Positions 43,782 to 57,880 of a stretch of DNA of 64,000 nucleotides are shown piece after piece. Within the stretch, counting starts at the first letter, position 1. Each line of letters opens with the position of its first letter. A program made the translations under genes and the position numbers. Under the pieces are notes generated by a model. The model saw only the letters and a program-made list of their open reading frames with translations, was not told the origin of the DNA and made no database searches. This DNA is from the human T2T-CHM13v2.0 reference genome, Homo sapiens. The stretch is taken from NCBI RefSeq assembly GCF_009914755.1, contig NC_060927.1. One strand, 5' to 3'.

Positions 43782-44924
43782 TGTATTAAAAACCAAACTA
43801 GACCCCAAATTATCTATTGCCAAGTAGGTTGAGATGTTAACTATTACAATATGTTAAAAATATGTTGATGTTAATGTCTAAAAATTTGTATATTCATTCA
43901 TGATCATTTTAATTGGAAAGAAATATCTACACCAAAGCAATTTTTATCATAGACCGTGAGACTAAGTGGGGGGATGAGTGTAAAATACCCTAAAAGGGAA
44001 AAGAAAAACAAATTAGCAATCATTCTCTGTAATCCAAAAAGAAGACACAAACACACTCTAACTAAAACAGACACAGTTATAGCAATGTAGGTGGCATTTA
44101 GTTCTCTGAAAACTTGAAGAAAAAAAGTTAATTATCATTCTGAGATAATTATCACTGTAAATTAAGTCATTCAGCCTCTGTTTTTACAACCTGGCATTTT
44201 CCACAGAGAAGAATAATCTGCTTTTCTACAGAATCTTATTTTCCAGGATCTTCCACAAGTTCTGCCAGCATAGCCCTGACTCACCAGCTGGGGCTCCCTG
44301 AGCAGAGACAGGAGCAGAGAGAATCCCCAGCGCATGTGCTCCAACAAACTTCCTGAAACTCCCTATGCATTTTGTCATGACAATTAGGTTGTGTAGTTAC
44401 ACAAAATATTCTAAACATCTTAATTAAGTTAGATTCCAGGAAATTAAACTACAAAAAATAGGAGACGTAGAGCATTTCTTTCAATACAGCTTCAAATAGA
44501 AGAAACAGGGTCAGTGTGAAAAGCCCATTATAAACCCAAGGTGGTGAGCAAGTTAAGTCTGACTAATGCAAATTCAATCGATTTAAATGCCTAATTTGTA
44601 TCTTTAAAGATGACGAAGGAAAAATAGGGCAAAAATTTTTCATGGTTGGGAAATAAAGAGAAGAGTGACAGGAAGGGTGAATGATATTGGTAATGGCACA
44701 AAAATCCCCTAAGATTACAGGATGTCAGAAGTCAAAGTTATTTTATAGAGCATCCAGACCATTTAGACCAACTCTTTTATTTTTTCATGAGAAAGTAAGG
44801 CCCAGAGAAGCTAACGTAATAAGCGTTGATATTTTTAATGTTGATTTATTTATCATCAGATAAACCATAAAACATACAATACATCTTGGAATCTCCTTGT
44901 TTTATGAAGGAACACATAGGTATT

Positions 44925-45287
44925 TGATAGGGTTTGGCTGTATCCCCACCCAAATCTCATCTTGAATTGTAGTTTCTATAATCCCCAGGTGTCATGGGAG
45001 GGACTTGGTGGGAAGTGGTTGGATCATGGGGCTGGTTTCTCCTATGCTGTTCTTGTCATAATGAGTGAGTTCTCATGAGATCTAATGGTTTTATAAGCGT
45101 CTGGCTTTTCCCCTGCTTGCACTCATTCTCTCTCCTGCCACCCTGTGAAGAGGTGCCTTCTTCCATGGTGGCAAGTTTCCTGAGGCCTCCCCAGCCATGT
45201 GAAACTGTGACTCAATAAACCTCTTTTCTTTATAAATTACCCAGTCTCTGGTAGTTCTTCATAGCAGCATGAGAATAGACTAATACA
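44925..45287 (+). mobile_element. THE1C MaLR solo LTR
   Basis: TGATAGGGTTTGGCTGTATCCCCACCCAAATCTC...GACTAATACA; perfect 5-bp TSD GTATT (44920-44924, 45288-45292). Confidence 0.95.
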
Positions 45288-45469
45288 GTATTGTTTTGTG
45301 TACTCTTTCCTTTCAACTAACATCTAAATTTTAACATTATATAAGATTCAACCATACTGAATATAATACTACGTTAAATCACATCCAAAGTCAAAAATAA
45401 TGATTCAAAATTTATAATTTTATATTAGTCACGTCATTAAATAAAATTCAAAACCACTGCTTTGATGCT

Positions 45470-45830
45470 TAATTCTTATAGGTACTGTGCCTAACCATCT
45501 AGAGGAGCAATAAAATGAATTTAACAAGATTTCCAACCTCTGGTGATTCCAGTATCAAAGGGACATTAGGTATAGACAAACACTATAGACTTTACAGGAA
45601 AAAACATACATACATATAAATGAAGACCTTTTAAAAGAAGCATTGAGAAAATAGATTACAAAGAATTTAATTCTATTTAGGTAGCTCAGGAAATCTCATG
45701 AAACTGAGAAAGGATCTTGAAGGAATCATAAGACTTCAAACATAGATGAGGAAAGTAGGCCATTTCAGATTGAAATATACACACAAAGGCAGAGAAATAG
45801 GAAAGTCTAGAATGGTTTTTAGGAAAGACA
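45470..45830 (-). mobile_element. L2 fragment
   Basis: AGGTACTGTGCCTA...GGATCTTGAAGGA...CACAAAGGCAGAGA. Confidence 0.5.
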
Positions 45831-48800
45831 ATTATGCCGGCTGTGTATATTTAGCGTGAGGGGGAGAAGGTGGAGGTGCAGTTGGCTTACTGATTGCAGT
45901 GCTTGCCCTATACAAAGCCTCTTCTTTGAGACCACTCATGCGTCCAGCCCTCACTCATGGCCTTCTCTTAGATAGAGGTGATTATGACCACGTGTCCTTG
46001 TCTCCAAGTGTCCTTCATTGTATTAGAAGTCAGCTACTTCACAGGCTGGCCTAAAACCTATATGTTGGCTTGGCAAAAAAAAAGCTAATCACACTCTTGA
46101 TTGTTAAAACTCAGATGTACAATGTTTCAGTGGAAGATACAACTAGAAGAGAATATATGGAGAAAAACTGCAAGATAGAATCAGGGCAATGATGCAAAGA
46201 AGGAGAGAGACCAAGAAGTAACTTATTAAAATATTATAGATGCGAGATAAGTAATTGTGGGAAGAAAACCTATCTGTTGATAAAACAAATAACCTTTAAT
46301 AATATTTCTCTATTACAATTAAAACTACATATACCATCTTAGTTTCTCATCTGTATTTGCTTACCTTTCTCCATTATTTTCTATCTGTGGCTTGTCGATT
46401 CCAATGCAATTGAGCATATTTCTCAAGATGGATCTGAGGATTACTTCATTTGACCAAAATTAGTTTAGGAGATTGCTAAGAAACTCCTGAAAGACTATAT
46501 AGGTTTAGCCAGAATGAAGAAGATATGATAATATAGAGGGATATATCTTAAAGCTAAGAGATCATTTATATCATTAAGTGTGACTTAAAACTATTATATG
46601 GTAGAAAATAGACAAGGAGGGTAAAATGGAGGTGGTAATACATACATTTTAAACTTGTATATGATGAACAAAGATGTATTGGTTAAATATTTGCATTTGT
46701 GCAAACATTCAAAATATTGATAATACCCTTATTAGAACCAATACCCTTGGAGTTATAAAAATAGCAAGCAATACATAACATTTTCACCCATCATATCATC
46801 TATGTTGGATGTGCCACATAGATATTCATAAAGGCACCCTACAAGTTTCTGATAAACAAATCCTAAAAAAAGATGCAATAAGAAATGTATGAACCAGGCA
46901 CAAGTAATTTTATAATGAAGATTTACCTATAATAGAAATCTTTTTTTATTTTAAATAGCAAGAAACTAACACATGACTTTGGCAACCTATGAGTGACAGG
47001 GAGTTGAAAATGGTGGCCTGGGTGAAGTAAAGCCCAGACTCCAGTATTTCTACTGCATTCTTACATATTAAATGAGTTTTTGGTTTGGGGCCTTTAAAAT
47101 AGGAAACTGATTTTGCTTATTAGCCATCAACAGAAAGTGATATTTGAATTATCACTATGATTTACTTTGGGGTTTTGATTTTAAGAACCAGAAACCATTT
47201 CTCTGTGTCTCTGAATGTGCCCAAAGATACAAAATCTATCAAGTTGTGAATTAATTCTTGAAAAGTGAAGAAAGAGAACTAGAGAAATAAGAAGACTTGA
47301 TAAGTTTAAGACTTCCAGTTATTTAGTCAGGAATTTCATGATAAAATAAAAGGCACATAGGAATCCCCCAAAGCATTTTGGTTTGAATTAGCAATATAAT
47401 TCCCTTAGTTTCCCACTTTCCTTTACACCAATCTGTATTATTTCTATTGCAAATAAGAAGCAGAATAACTGTGCTCAGATGTGCTTTTGAAGGCACCATG
47501 TAATGGCCAATCTGCACAGACTTCTAATTGCCTTCACTTGAAAAGGAATTACACTCTTAAAATAAAGAAAGAAAGAAAAGAAAAAGAAAAAAGAACGTAA
47601 CTGCCGGCAAAGCCAAACTGCTTGTCTTGATAGCACGCAGAATAATTATAGCTTCTTCTCTTTGCCGATGACACCTCTTAAACTTACGTCACCCTTTATC
47701 AAAAGTGTTTTTCAGTGTTAGTAAAGGAGATAGAATAGTGACATAAGATTAAAGACATGATGGGAAAAAAAAATCTAGTTACTAAAGGTAACATTAAGGA
47801 ATAATTTAATGTCAGTATTCTAGTCAATTGAAAGGTAATTATCTTCATAGCAAATATTAGCACATATGTCTTATGAGGCAATGACTTTTAAAAGCTGGTA
47901 CTTGCATGACTGGTTGAGAAAGAGTTTCAGTTGTAAAGCTTTCCACAAAAGTAAAAAGTAAAATAAACTAAATCTACATATATACACCCGGGAAAATGTT
48001 TGAGCTTTTCCTTAATGTATTCCTAAGTGGCCTGGAACAACTGAATGATCACATAAAACCGTCCTTGTTTTAGGGAGAAGTCTCAGTAGCATAGTTCTTA
48101 GTAGTGAAGATTTTATCCACTGCCAAACAGCCTTTGTATGGTAGGATGTCAGAGCAGGGCTTCACCCTTTTGGTGTGAAAAAGCAGAGTGATTCTTGTGA
48201 AGGTGAAAAGAAAGGAAGGGATCAGGAGGAAGAAGGCAGTGGACCAAATGAATGGTAATGAGTTCAGAGGAGCCGCTTAATCATTTGTCTGCCATGGGCT
48301 TCTATCTGGATAGGACCAAAGAAGCTTCATTTAATAAGAAGATTTATCTTTGGTGCCTATGTAGAGAGAGATGATCTGACATTGTTTAAACAGGCAACAT
48401 CAGAATGCAGGGGTTTAATGCTGGTGTATTACTAAAATGCTCAAGGAATCCCATAACAAATACATTCAAAACACACAATCTAAATCCTTTTTAAAGGGCA
48501 CCTCACATTAATCCCTCAGCTGGGGTTCCTCATTTTTGTAGCATCATTTATCACTTTAATGTAACATTAGTTTAGTGGCAGGCAGAGGACCTGCACCGAA
48601 TGTTGGAACGTTAATGACTTAAGCAGAAAGGAAACACTTGAGAGACCAGCCGGTGCTCTAGTTCTTTCCCTAGGTTATAATCACAGATGCAGGAAGCAAT
48701 TGCTGCTATATAAATAATACCGCAATGTGGTTAATGTTGGCAAGACCAGACTTATTTGTAACTCTAAAGGGTAAATAACAAAAGGTTTGACAAACTGACT

Positions 48801-51435
48801 CAAGGGATAAATGTGTTTCTGAGGGGAGGGGCCGGGTGTGGGGGCAGTGGAAAGAGGGAGAAGAATGAGATCAAACAGTTCTCTTCATTTATTACAGATT
48901 TTTCTAAAGGAAAAACAACATAGCGGTGGAGATAAGTTGTAGGGGGTGGAGGGTGTAAATACCAGGGCATCCTAGCAGCACAGATGGCACTGGGGACTTA
49001 CTGCCTCCCACTACACCTGAGCCTATGGATGCTGCATAAGAATAGGCATGGATGTGGGTGTGAGGAGACTTTGGAAGCCACTCTATTTAGAAGAGGAGAA
49101 TCCCCAGCATTTGTAAATTCAAATCCCACATTGCTTTAGCAACTTTTTTTTTTTTTTTTGACTAAAACATATCTGACCCTTTCCTTAACTTTTAGCATGT
49201 CTCTCTTGGGAAGGACACTTATCTTTCTTTAATTGCTTTCTCACATTTATGAAATGGACCTGAACTGGGAATGGTGAGGATGGGGCTATCTAGTTTAACT
49301 CTTTAAGTCCTTTCAGCACTAATCTTTTATGGGTTTACTTCACTCTTATTATAAGAGATGATTATGTGTTTTTCTTTTAAATAATATCCTTCGTGCTATG
49401 ATTGCATCATATCAAAGAGCTAACCCTGTAAGCATATGTTTTAAGCTCCAGAATTTCTCAGAAGTGGAGCCATTCAGGAACTTCTCAGCAGCCTCAATAG
49501 CATGCTTCTTAGACAGCTTCCAACTTCATCTCCAGGTGAATTCTTCCCTAACATGTTTTTGGTTCAAAAGGGTAAAAAACAAACCAGTTTTTCATTCTGT
49601 ACTTTATATAGCCCATGGTGGGCATTTCCCATCTGCCCCATCTCTTCTTCTGTCTTTGGAGCCCATCTGGCTTTTGTTTTAATCTCTAACACAGCAGATG
49701 ACATTCTCTGCCAGCAAGTCCTATTTTCAGCTCTCTTGGGCAGGCTACAGAAGCTGAGCTCTGCTTCCAAATTTACTGCCGGTTTTAAAACAATAAAAAT
49801 CTAGTAGTTATTATTTCCCACTGACCCAGGCAGGGTCTGAAACGATGAACTTCAAATTTTCTGCAAAGATTTGAGAGCCCGATTGGAAAGTATAGGTCTA
49901 TGAAATTATTACTTCAGAATGGTTCTGCATGGCTTGTGGATCTCTGAGGAGTTCTGGCTTGCTGAATTGGGAGTCTTCTTCATCACCACCATCATCAAAC
50001 AGTGCCTGGGGAGGTAGGTCAAGCTGTGCTCTCTCAGTCTCCTATTCTAGGTAGTAGAGGTTGGTGATCCCCATCTGCTAGCTGGAACTTAGCGTTTTAA
50101 GAATGGATCCTCATCTAAGGCAACTCTACCGGCCCTGGCAGCTAATGTGCCCCAGCTTGCTGTTTTAGCTTCACCTGTTGGTGTTGTGACTTGATATTCA
50201 GGCCATCCGCTACTGGAGCGGCCACATCTAGGGTTGTTCCACATAATTCAATATCATTTCAGCCACTTTTAGAGTTGTTGTGGGATTTGAATAATAATAT
50301 GTATCGAAGCACATGGTAAAACCAAGCATTAAAGCACTATTGGACTGAGAGGTGGTTATGGGACCAAATCATTTATTCACATTGCATCCCTCTTATAACT
50401 ATGTTTTAGGAAATATTTAAGGAATGTAATAAATAATTAACAAGAACTCAAGAGGAATACGGGGAAAAAAGCTACTGCAATTGAGTGGGATTATGGTTGA
50501 ATATTTTTTCTTTCATTTTAATTTTTATTTAGGTTGGTATATGTGTTTAAGAGTTTTAAAACTTTTTCAAAGGGAAATAGGAATGAGGAAAGAGCTTAAG
50601 AGGTACTCCCTAGTTTGGCATTCAAGACTTTCTATGATCTGACTACATCTCCCTTTTTACATTTCCCACTTTATTCCTCTCTTCATTACCACCTCACTCC
50701 ACCCCACACAACTATTTCTTCACCTTTTACCTTCCCTGAGAATACTTTGTTTTTTGCCTTTTCTCTCAACCTAGAATTCCTTTTTTCCCCATATAACCAT
50801 ATTTGTGAAAATGATACATGTTGTTTATATGCAAAAAACTCACATTTTTTGTTACCCTGCATCAAATATATGTAGATTTGCCTGATCTCAGCCATCATGA
50901 AGAGGAAAAGGGGTCTCCCCGCTCCTTCTGAGTCATGCAGGAAACTGGAGGGCTTGCAGAGCCCAGAAACCTTGGAAAATAGTTTCTCAATCTTACTTAT
51001 TCATGGCTGCTCCCACCAGTCCTGAAGATAAAGGAAATGCCACTTTTATACAATTTTCTTAAAGGTTGGTAAACAATATTAAATGTCTAAAAAAACCTTC
51101 ACGAGTGAGTCAAAACATGTCTATGGCTAAATTTGGCCCGCAGGCTGCAAGTTCACAACCCCTGTCTTAGACTTTAGGATACAAAGTCTTGCTTATCCAT
51201 CAAGAATGGTGAAAACGGAGGTAAAGAAGAAGGTTTTAAAATAGCTTTTCATTTTTATAAATTTCTTACAACTCTGAAAATAAGACAGAATTTGAAGTTG
51301 GATAAATTATCCTATTCCATACTGAAACTCTACAGTCTTCAAAGCTTAGCTCAGATACCTTCTGTGACTTTCATGGAGCCAAAAACTACTTCACTTAATG
51401 AAATTAATTGATATCTCCTCTATATCTGACAGCGC

Positions 51436-51565
51436 TCCCTCCCTTCCTTCCTCTCTTCCTTCCTTCCCTCCCCCCTCCCCCCTTCGTTCCTTCCTTCCTT
51501 CCATCCTTCCTCTCTTCCTTCCTTCCTTCCTCTCTTCCTTCCTTCTTTTCTTCCTTCCTTCCCCC
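51436..51565 (+). repeat. (CCTT)n-rich polypyrimidine tract
   Basis: About 130 bp of almost pure C/T with CCTT units. Confidence 0.95.
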
Positions 51566-51599
51566 TGATCTAATTTGATCTTACCCTAGCAGGTGACTG

Positions 51600-51755
51600 C
51601 TTTTATTGTCCCATGCCCATTTAAATACAGGTTGAATGAAGCTCAGGCAAATTAGCAATCTGCCCAATGTCATCCAATTAACTAACAGTGTATCTCAGAT
51701 TCAGACTCAAGAGGGAGTGTAAATTCAAAGACCGAGCTCTTAACCAATGTACCAT
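51600..51755 (-). mobile_element. MIR
   Basis: CCCATTTAAATACAGG...CTGCCCAATGTCATCCA...GCTCTTAACCA. Confidence 0.6.
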
Positions 51756-53639
51756 GGAAATTATAATCTGGTGAAGACACAGCAGTTAATTACCCAAGCC
51801 ATTACTCCTTTAAAAAAATCTTATATGGATTTAAACAGGGCTGCCATGTATTAAACTACTTTACAGACTTATACATTTCCCCAACTATACTATGAGTTTT
51901 TGAAGCGAAGAATTATATGTGATTGATTTATTGTTCTCCCATAGCACCGGGTATAGTAACTCTTCCATAGCAAGCATCGATAAATAGGTATTGAACTGAT
52001 TATTTACACTGGAACATTGCAAATCCCATACCCTCAGCCTTAAACTAATTAAACTACTGCTCCTTCCACCTCCTTTCACACAGTCAGAGTCAGAAACACT
52101 TACTCACAGCACCAGGTACAATTTAATATTCCTATGGGCTTCATGCAATGGAAAACAACCGACAAGGAACCAGAAAGTATAGGTTTGAGGTTTGATCGTG
52201 TGGGTCCATTTTTTACAAGTCATTTCTATTCTCAGTCCTTTTTACCCAACAACACAGGGTGTACACTAAATGATCTCCAGTCTCCTTTCAGCCTTGGTTG
52301 TGCATAAAAATGGTTCTGGAGTCAGACACAGCAGGATTCCAATATAACAATTCCAATTTTCTTAGCTGTATGACCTGAAACGAGTTACTTAATCTCTAAT
52401 ATAAGTAAAATACTACAGTACTTCACAAGTAGAATGCTCTCAATAATTATTAGATACTTTTACTATTATACTGTAATTGTTTATTGTAAATCTTTTAAAG
52501 TGAATTTAAGACATGTGCATATGTGTATATATTATATATATTAATATGGTAGCTTATTTTTGATTATGTGCTGATGATAATATATGCTTATAGCTTTTGT
52601 AAACTCATGTCACATTGTCTGTGGTTATTTATAATACTGTATAAGACACTTATTGACATTTGCAAACTGATAAATTGAATCATGCAGGAAGCTGTTTTAT
52701 AGCTAACATCCTTTTTAATTTATTTCTCACTCACTTGACTTGATTCATCTTTTCAAGATGAATTGACCAGATTTATGGCTTTTTGTAGGCACAGCTCATG
52801 GCAGATCCTTAGGCGCTGTTAGGAAAAAGCAAGATTAAGAAAACAAATCCTCTGTATTTATTAATCTCTCTGAAAATTCATTAAGGATTCTACTTTCACC
52901 AAGAGAAATCAGCAGAGACAAGCAATACACATAACTTTTGCTAAGAAAATAGTAAACCTTCTCTCCTTTGGGGAGAGCTGTAAAATTTTAGGAACTTGTC
53001 TTGAAATATAAATCTACTGAAGACCCAACTTTCATTTAGTTCCGTTAAACTACAGCCTTTAGCTTCAATCCTATACAGATCTTGTGGTTCTTTACTATGT
53101 AGCTATAAATCATCTCATTTGTTTTTACCCAGTAGCAAAAACATTGAATCAAATTATGCATAAAACAAAATCCTGTCTCGCCCGTCAGAGACTTCCCTCC
53201 AAGTTGAGATGGATAATATACAAGCTCCTAAGGGATAGACCTCTCCAGACAATTACTTCCTAAGGATCGTAACAGGACAATTTTACTCTCTATTGTATTG
53301 ACATTTCCTACTCTTCTATTTTAATTCCAAGTGGATTCATAATATTCAAAACAGGGGGAGAAGGGACAGAATTTCAAACCAAAATTGAATACGCACTTTT
53401 CAGCGACTCAAGTTGCTACGTAATTCCTCCTTAAAGTTAGTTGCTATGCCTTTGTCAGTTTTCCTTTCTTGCTTCATTAAGTCAATTAGGAGGAGTCTGA
53501 GATCAATGATTATTAAAAATTATCTTCTCCAAAGTATAATATTCTCTAAGATGCTACTTTTTCCCCATGATTGAGATTCACCCTTTCTCTAATAAATAAC
53601 TCCGTTGAAATGTATTACAAACTTAATTCAAATGATCCA

Positions 53640-54050
53640 ATAGTCTAGGTTTAATCAGAAGATAGATAGGAAACACTTAGTTGGTTAAACAGAGGAAGCT
53701 GAATATAAAGAATTATTAATGATGACAAAAGAGTAACTATCAGATATAGGGAAAGTATGGTACTCTAGGGTGGAGGGAGTACCAAAGAAGGGATAAAATT
53801 GGAAGGCATTCAGACCTCTGTCATAGGTTAGCAAAGATGGCCAGAGCTGGTCTGCAGTTACAGGGCAAACAATAGGCAACTCTCTAGGGAGCAGGTAAGC
53901 TGTAGGTGATTGGCAACCTGCGTTGAAGCCGTGTATTCAGTGTCCTGGTACTGACAGAGGATGGGAACAAGCTTGCAGATAAAGCCACGCTGGGCACATG
54001 ACTCTCCAGGCTACTGGCCACTTGGGCTTATCCAGACAGTCTGGACAGGT
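53640..54050. mobile_element. Possible old LTR fragment
   Basis: GTCTAGGTTTAATCAGAAG...TTAAACAGAGGAAGCTGAATATAAAGAATT resembles ancient LTR termini; family uncertain. Confidence 0.35.
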
Positions 54051-54567
54051 GGTTATTTTTAGATCTGTAGGTGGCTTTGGAGGTCACTGAATCACCTTCC
54101 TTGACAGTTGAGAAAAGTGAGTCTTGAGCAAAAGGGACTTTCCCACATTTGTACAAAGGTGTAGTGAGAGTGGCAGAAACAAAATTGAGGTTTGGATACA
54201 ATGGCTGGCAGGTTAGGATTAAAAATCAAAACCAAAGCCACAGACTAACACACAAAGCCACTTTCTAGTTTTGTTTTAACTTTATTTCCACAACTGGTGA
54301 GTATAGCTATAAGAACAATGAATCAAGCTTAATCATTTGTGCGCAATTAGTCCATTTTGGTTTATGTTAAGAACCTTCTGTGCTATGACCCGAGTGCACT
54401 ATCTAATTTGGGAAATGCAAAGGTTTTCTGTCCGAGGGGATCCTTTCATCATTAGCATGTTATGTTCTCACCCTTTCTGGAGCAACCATTTGGAGCTTTT
54501 TCTCAAAAACACTTTTATCCAATTTTTTAATATACTTACCCATTCCTAAATCCCTTCACTGTTTGAG

Positions 54568-54607
54568 TCCTAGCATTGCTCTGACTTTCCTAGCATTGCT
54601 CTGCCTT
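54568..54607 (+). repeat. 20-bp tandem duplication
   Basis: TCCTAGCATTGCTCTGACTT followed by TCCTAGCATTGCTCTGCCTT. Confidence 0.9.
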
Positions 54608-54864
54608 TCTCAGAGGAGAAAGCACAGTACAAAATGCTGGTTGCTAAGCAGTGCCTATTTTTACTCCAGTTGAGCAGAATAGAGACCCACTCAATGAGCT
54701 TCTATCATTGAGACTAGTGATGAAACAGCTACTACAGGTTAAAAATTTATCAGTGTTTCTCTGTGGAATCCATAGCAAGGCATCTGGGGCAAGAGTGTGA
54801 AATTTAGACCAAGGGCCTGCCCAAGGTAGGTATTGATATAATGATTGGAAAAACTCATAAATAC

Positions 54865-55150
54865 AGACATCAAGTATTGGTTGAGCACCTACTATGTTTA
54901 AGGTACTGCATTAGGCAATTGGAGTAAATTATTGGACTAAACAAATTTGGTCCCTGATTTCATACTGCCTATAGAGTAGATGGAAAGACAGACAAAAAAA
55001 ACAGAAGTGCCAAAATGACAAATAGTGATAAGAAATAAACATGTTGCTAAGAAAGAATAGCAAAGAGAAAGGGAGTTTATTTTAAGTAGGTTACAAAGAG
55101 GAAGGCTATCTGAGGCCTACATGCAAAGACCTGGAAGGAGTCAGGCAGAA
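54865..55150 (-). mobile_element. L2 3' fragment
   Basis: TTGAGCACCTACTATGTTTAAGGTACTG...GGTCCCTGATTTCAT. Confidence 0.75.
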
Positions 55151-55239
55151 GCATCAGTTCCTGAAAATGTTTGGGTGAGGCTGGGGTGAGTGTGGGGGGC
55201 TGTGAGAAGTAATAGGTGGGCAGTCCATTGCCTCTACAA

Positions 55240-57015
55240 TTAAAATACATCCAGTGTCAAGAGTTCCTTGCAAACTTTACTTCTAAATCCTTAGCCCAAG
55301 CCACCATCATTTCTCATCCAGATTGTTGCAATGGCTTTGTGACTGGTCCCCTGCTCTGCCTTTCTGCCTGCAGTCAATGATTCCCCAAACACTCAAAGAG
55401 ATCCATTAAAAATGGATCAGATTACGGTAATCCCCAGCCCAAATTCCTCCAGCAGTTTCCTATCCCACTTTAGGCATGAGAAAAAATACCTTAAAAGGCC
55501 AACCTTTTGTATCTCTGGCCAACCACTGTATCTCTCACTTCACCGACTCCTCCTCCTCCCCTTGTCCATTCCGTTTCAGCCACACTGACGTCTTTGCTGT
55601 TCCTCAAACAGGAAGAGTTTGCTCCTACCTCAGGACACTTGCAGTTGCTGTTTTATCTTTCTGGAATCTCTTTCTCCAGTTAACTGCATGATTTACTGTC
55701 TTGCCTAATTTAAGTCTTTGTTCAAATGTCACCTTCTGAAGTAGACCTTCTCTGACCATATACAAAATTGCACTATCCCCAGCACTTTCTCTTTTTTTTT
55801 TACCTTATTCTTCTCAATAAAACTTATTGCATCTGACATACTATATATTCTATAATTTATTTTACATAAATGTGGAAAATAGAGTTTTAGTAAGCTCCCT
55901 TGAATGGTGAAATTCTTTCAATACACTTTAATTTTTAGAACAGCTTGATATTTTCGGAAAAATTGAGGAGATAGCACAGAGCATTCCTCCATACCTGACA
56001 TCCAGTTTCTCTTATTATTAATATTTTACTTTAGCATGATACATTTGTCATAATTAAGGAACCCATATTGATACATTATTACAAGCTAAAATCCATTGTT
56101 TATTCAGATTTATTTAGTTTTTGTCTAATGTCTCTTTTCTAATCCAGGATTCCTTCCAGAATATTCATTCAATTAAGTTGTAGTGTCTCCTTTAGGCTCC
56201 TCTTGGCTATGACAATTTCTCTGACTTTTTCCTGTTTTTATTGACCTTGACAACCTGGAGGAGCACTCATCAGAGGTATTGCAGGATGCTGCTCTGTTGG
56301 ACATTTTCCGATGTTTTTCTTGTGATTAGACTGAGGTTATAGGTTTGGGAGACAAAGTTCACGGAGGGAAAGCGCCATTTTTGTTACATCAAGAGTCTTA
56401 CTATCAGTATAAATTATGACTGATGATGCTGACTGTGATCACCTGGCTGAGATAGTGTTTGTCAGATTTCTCCACTGCAATGTTCCTTTCCCCACTCTTT
56501 TTCTTACTGTGTTCTTAGGAAGAGGAAGTCACTATGCACAGCTCCCACTTAAGAAGCTCTAATTCCTGGAAGGAACAGTATCTATGTAAATTATTTGAAA
56601 TTCTACTCCATGGAGATTTGTCTCTTCTCACCTATTTGTCAATTTATTCAATTTTTTATCAGTATAAACTCATGGATATTTATTTTGGTAATAATCCAAT
56701 ACTATTATATTTTGTGGCTCTAATTGTTCCAACTTTGGCCATTAGGAGCACTTTCAGTTGCCCTTATACCCATTTAATACATCTCCATTAGTTTTTCTTT
56801 TCTTTTCTTTTCTTTTTTTTAGTGTTTTCTAACTTTCTGGTGTTGCAAGATGTTCCAGGCTCATTGTATTTCCTGCCCCAGTCCTAAAATCAGCCATTTT
56901 TCTAAGGTAGCAGTGAATCTTTGTCAATCAAATTATTTCTATGTCTCCAGCACCCAGAACATTACCTGGCATAACAGAGTTATTCCATAAATATTTGTTG
57001 AATGGATAAGTTAAT
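55240..57015 (+). mobile_element. L2a split by an L1M insertion
   Basis: CCAAGCCACCATCATTTCTC...TTTGCTGTTCCTCAAACA...CAAATGTCACCTTC; resumes ~56915 and ends ATAAATATTTGTTGAATGGATA. Confidence 0.85.
55920..56910 (-). mobile_element. L1MC/L1MD-type 3' fragment
   Basis: TTTTTAGAACAG...GAAAAATTGAG...CCATATTGATACATTATT...AAAATCAGCCATTTTTCTAAGG. Confidence 0.85.
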
Positions 57016-57749
57016 AAATTGGAAGCAAAGGCAATGGATAGGGCAGTTAGTGTCAAAAGTCCCTCCCCGTATCTGACTTTCCTCTCATCATGGCAAGTGG
57101 GATCCAGTACTTCAGGATAAAACGTTTCATGGGCACTATTGCAGGACCTGAATTTGCTTCCCTCTCAAATGTTACTATTTGGGGAGCAATCATCCCAAGA
57201 AAAGTGTATGAAAACTCACAATTTGTTTACTTTAAAATTATAAGCTTTGCTTGTTTAGCCAGAATCAATCACTGTCTACTCAATACTTTCCATTTTCTCA
57301 TTCCCTACTTAAATATGTATTTTTTTTATCCTTAGTTGTCTGCCTCTTGCTGTCTCTCATTAGGCTTTGAATAGCTTGAAAAGAATCATGTCTTATTTTG
57401 TTTAGTGCCCAAAGCACCCAAGGGAGCTGACACACAGGAAGTGCTCAGCAAGTGGATAAAATGATGAGTAGCACAAAGAGCAAATATGAGAATAATATTA
57501 ACTGTCATTGAGGCAATAATAATTCAAATTCCACTGCAAGCATAATCAAAGATCTAAGCTTTTAAACTATAGAACAATTGCCTGAAAAAGAGTGTGCTTC
57601 AATTTTGAACACTTAAGAGTCAGAAAAAATTCTTAAAAATGAATTCGTTCTTCAACTAATGCTAAATAACTACCTTCTCTCCCCCACTTATTTGTGTTGT
57701 TTTCCATAAATTCTAGGAAACAACAGTCTCTTTCTGAATGCAGAATCAT

Positions 57750-57880
57750 AAAACTCTTAAAATATTCCTAAAGTATGGTTTAACTCCTTCATTTTAAAGA
57801 GAGAGAAGTTGTGGCCCAAGGAGTAACATAATCTGTTCATGGTCACACAGGACTAAGTTTAGATGTCAGCCTCACTGCTG
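57750..57880 (-). mobile_element. MIR fragment
   Basis: CATTTTAAAGAGAGAGAAGTTGTGGCCCAAG...GGTCACACAG. Confidence 0.6.

Noticed and set aside
49398-49804. Overlapping 94-100 aa ORFs in unique sequence
   Set aside because: No recognisable domain or convincing splice structure; lengths compatible with chance.
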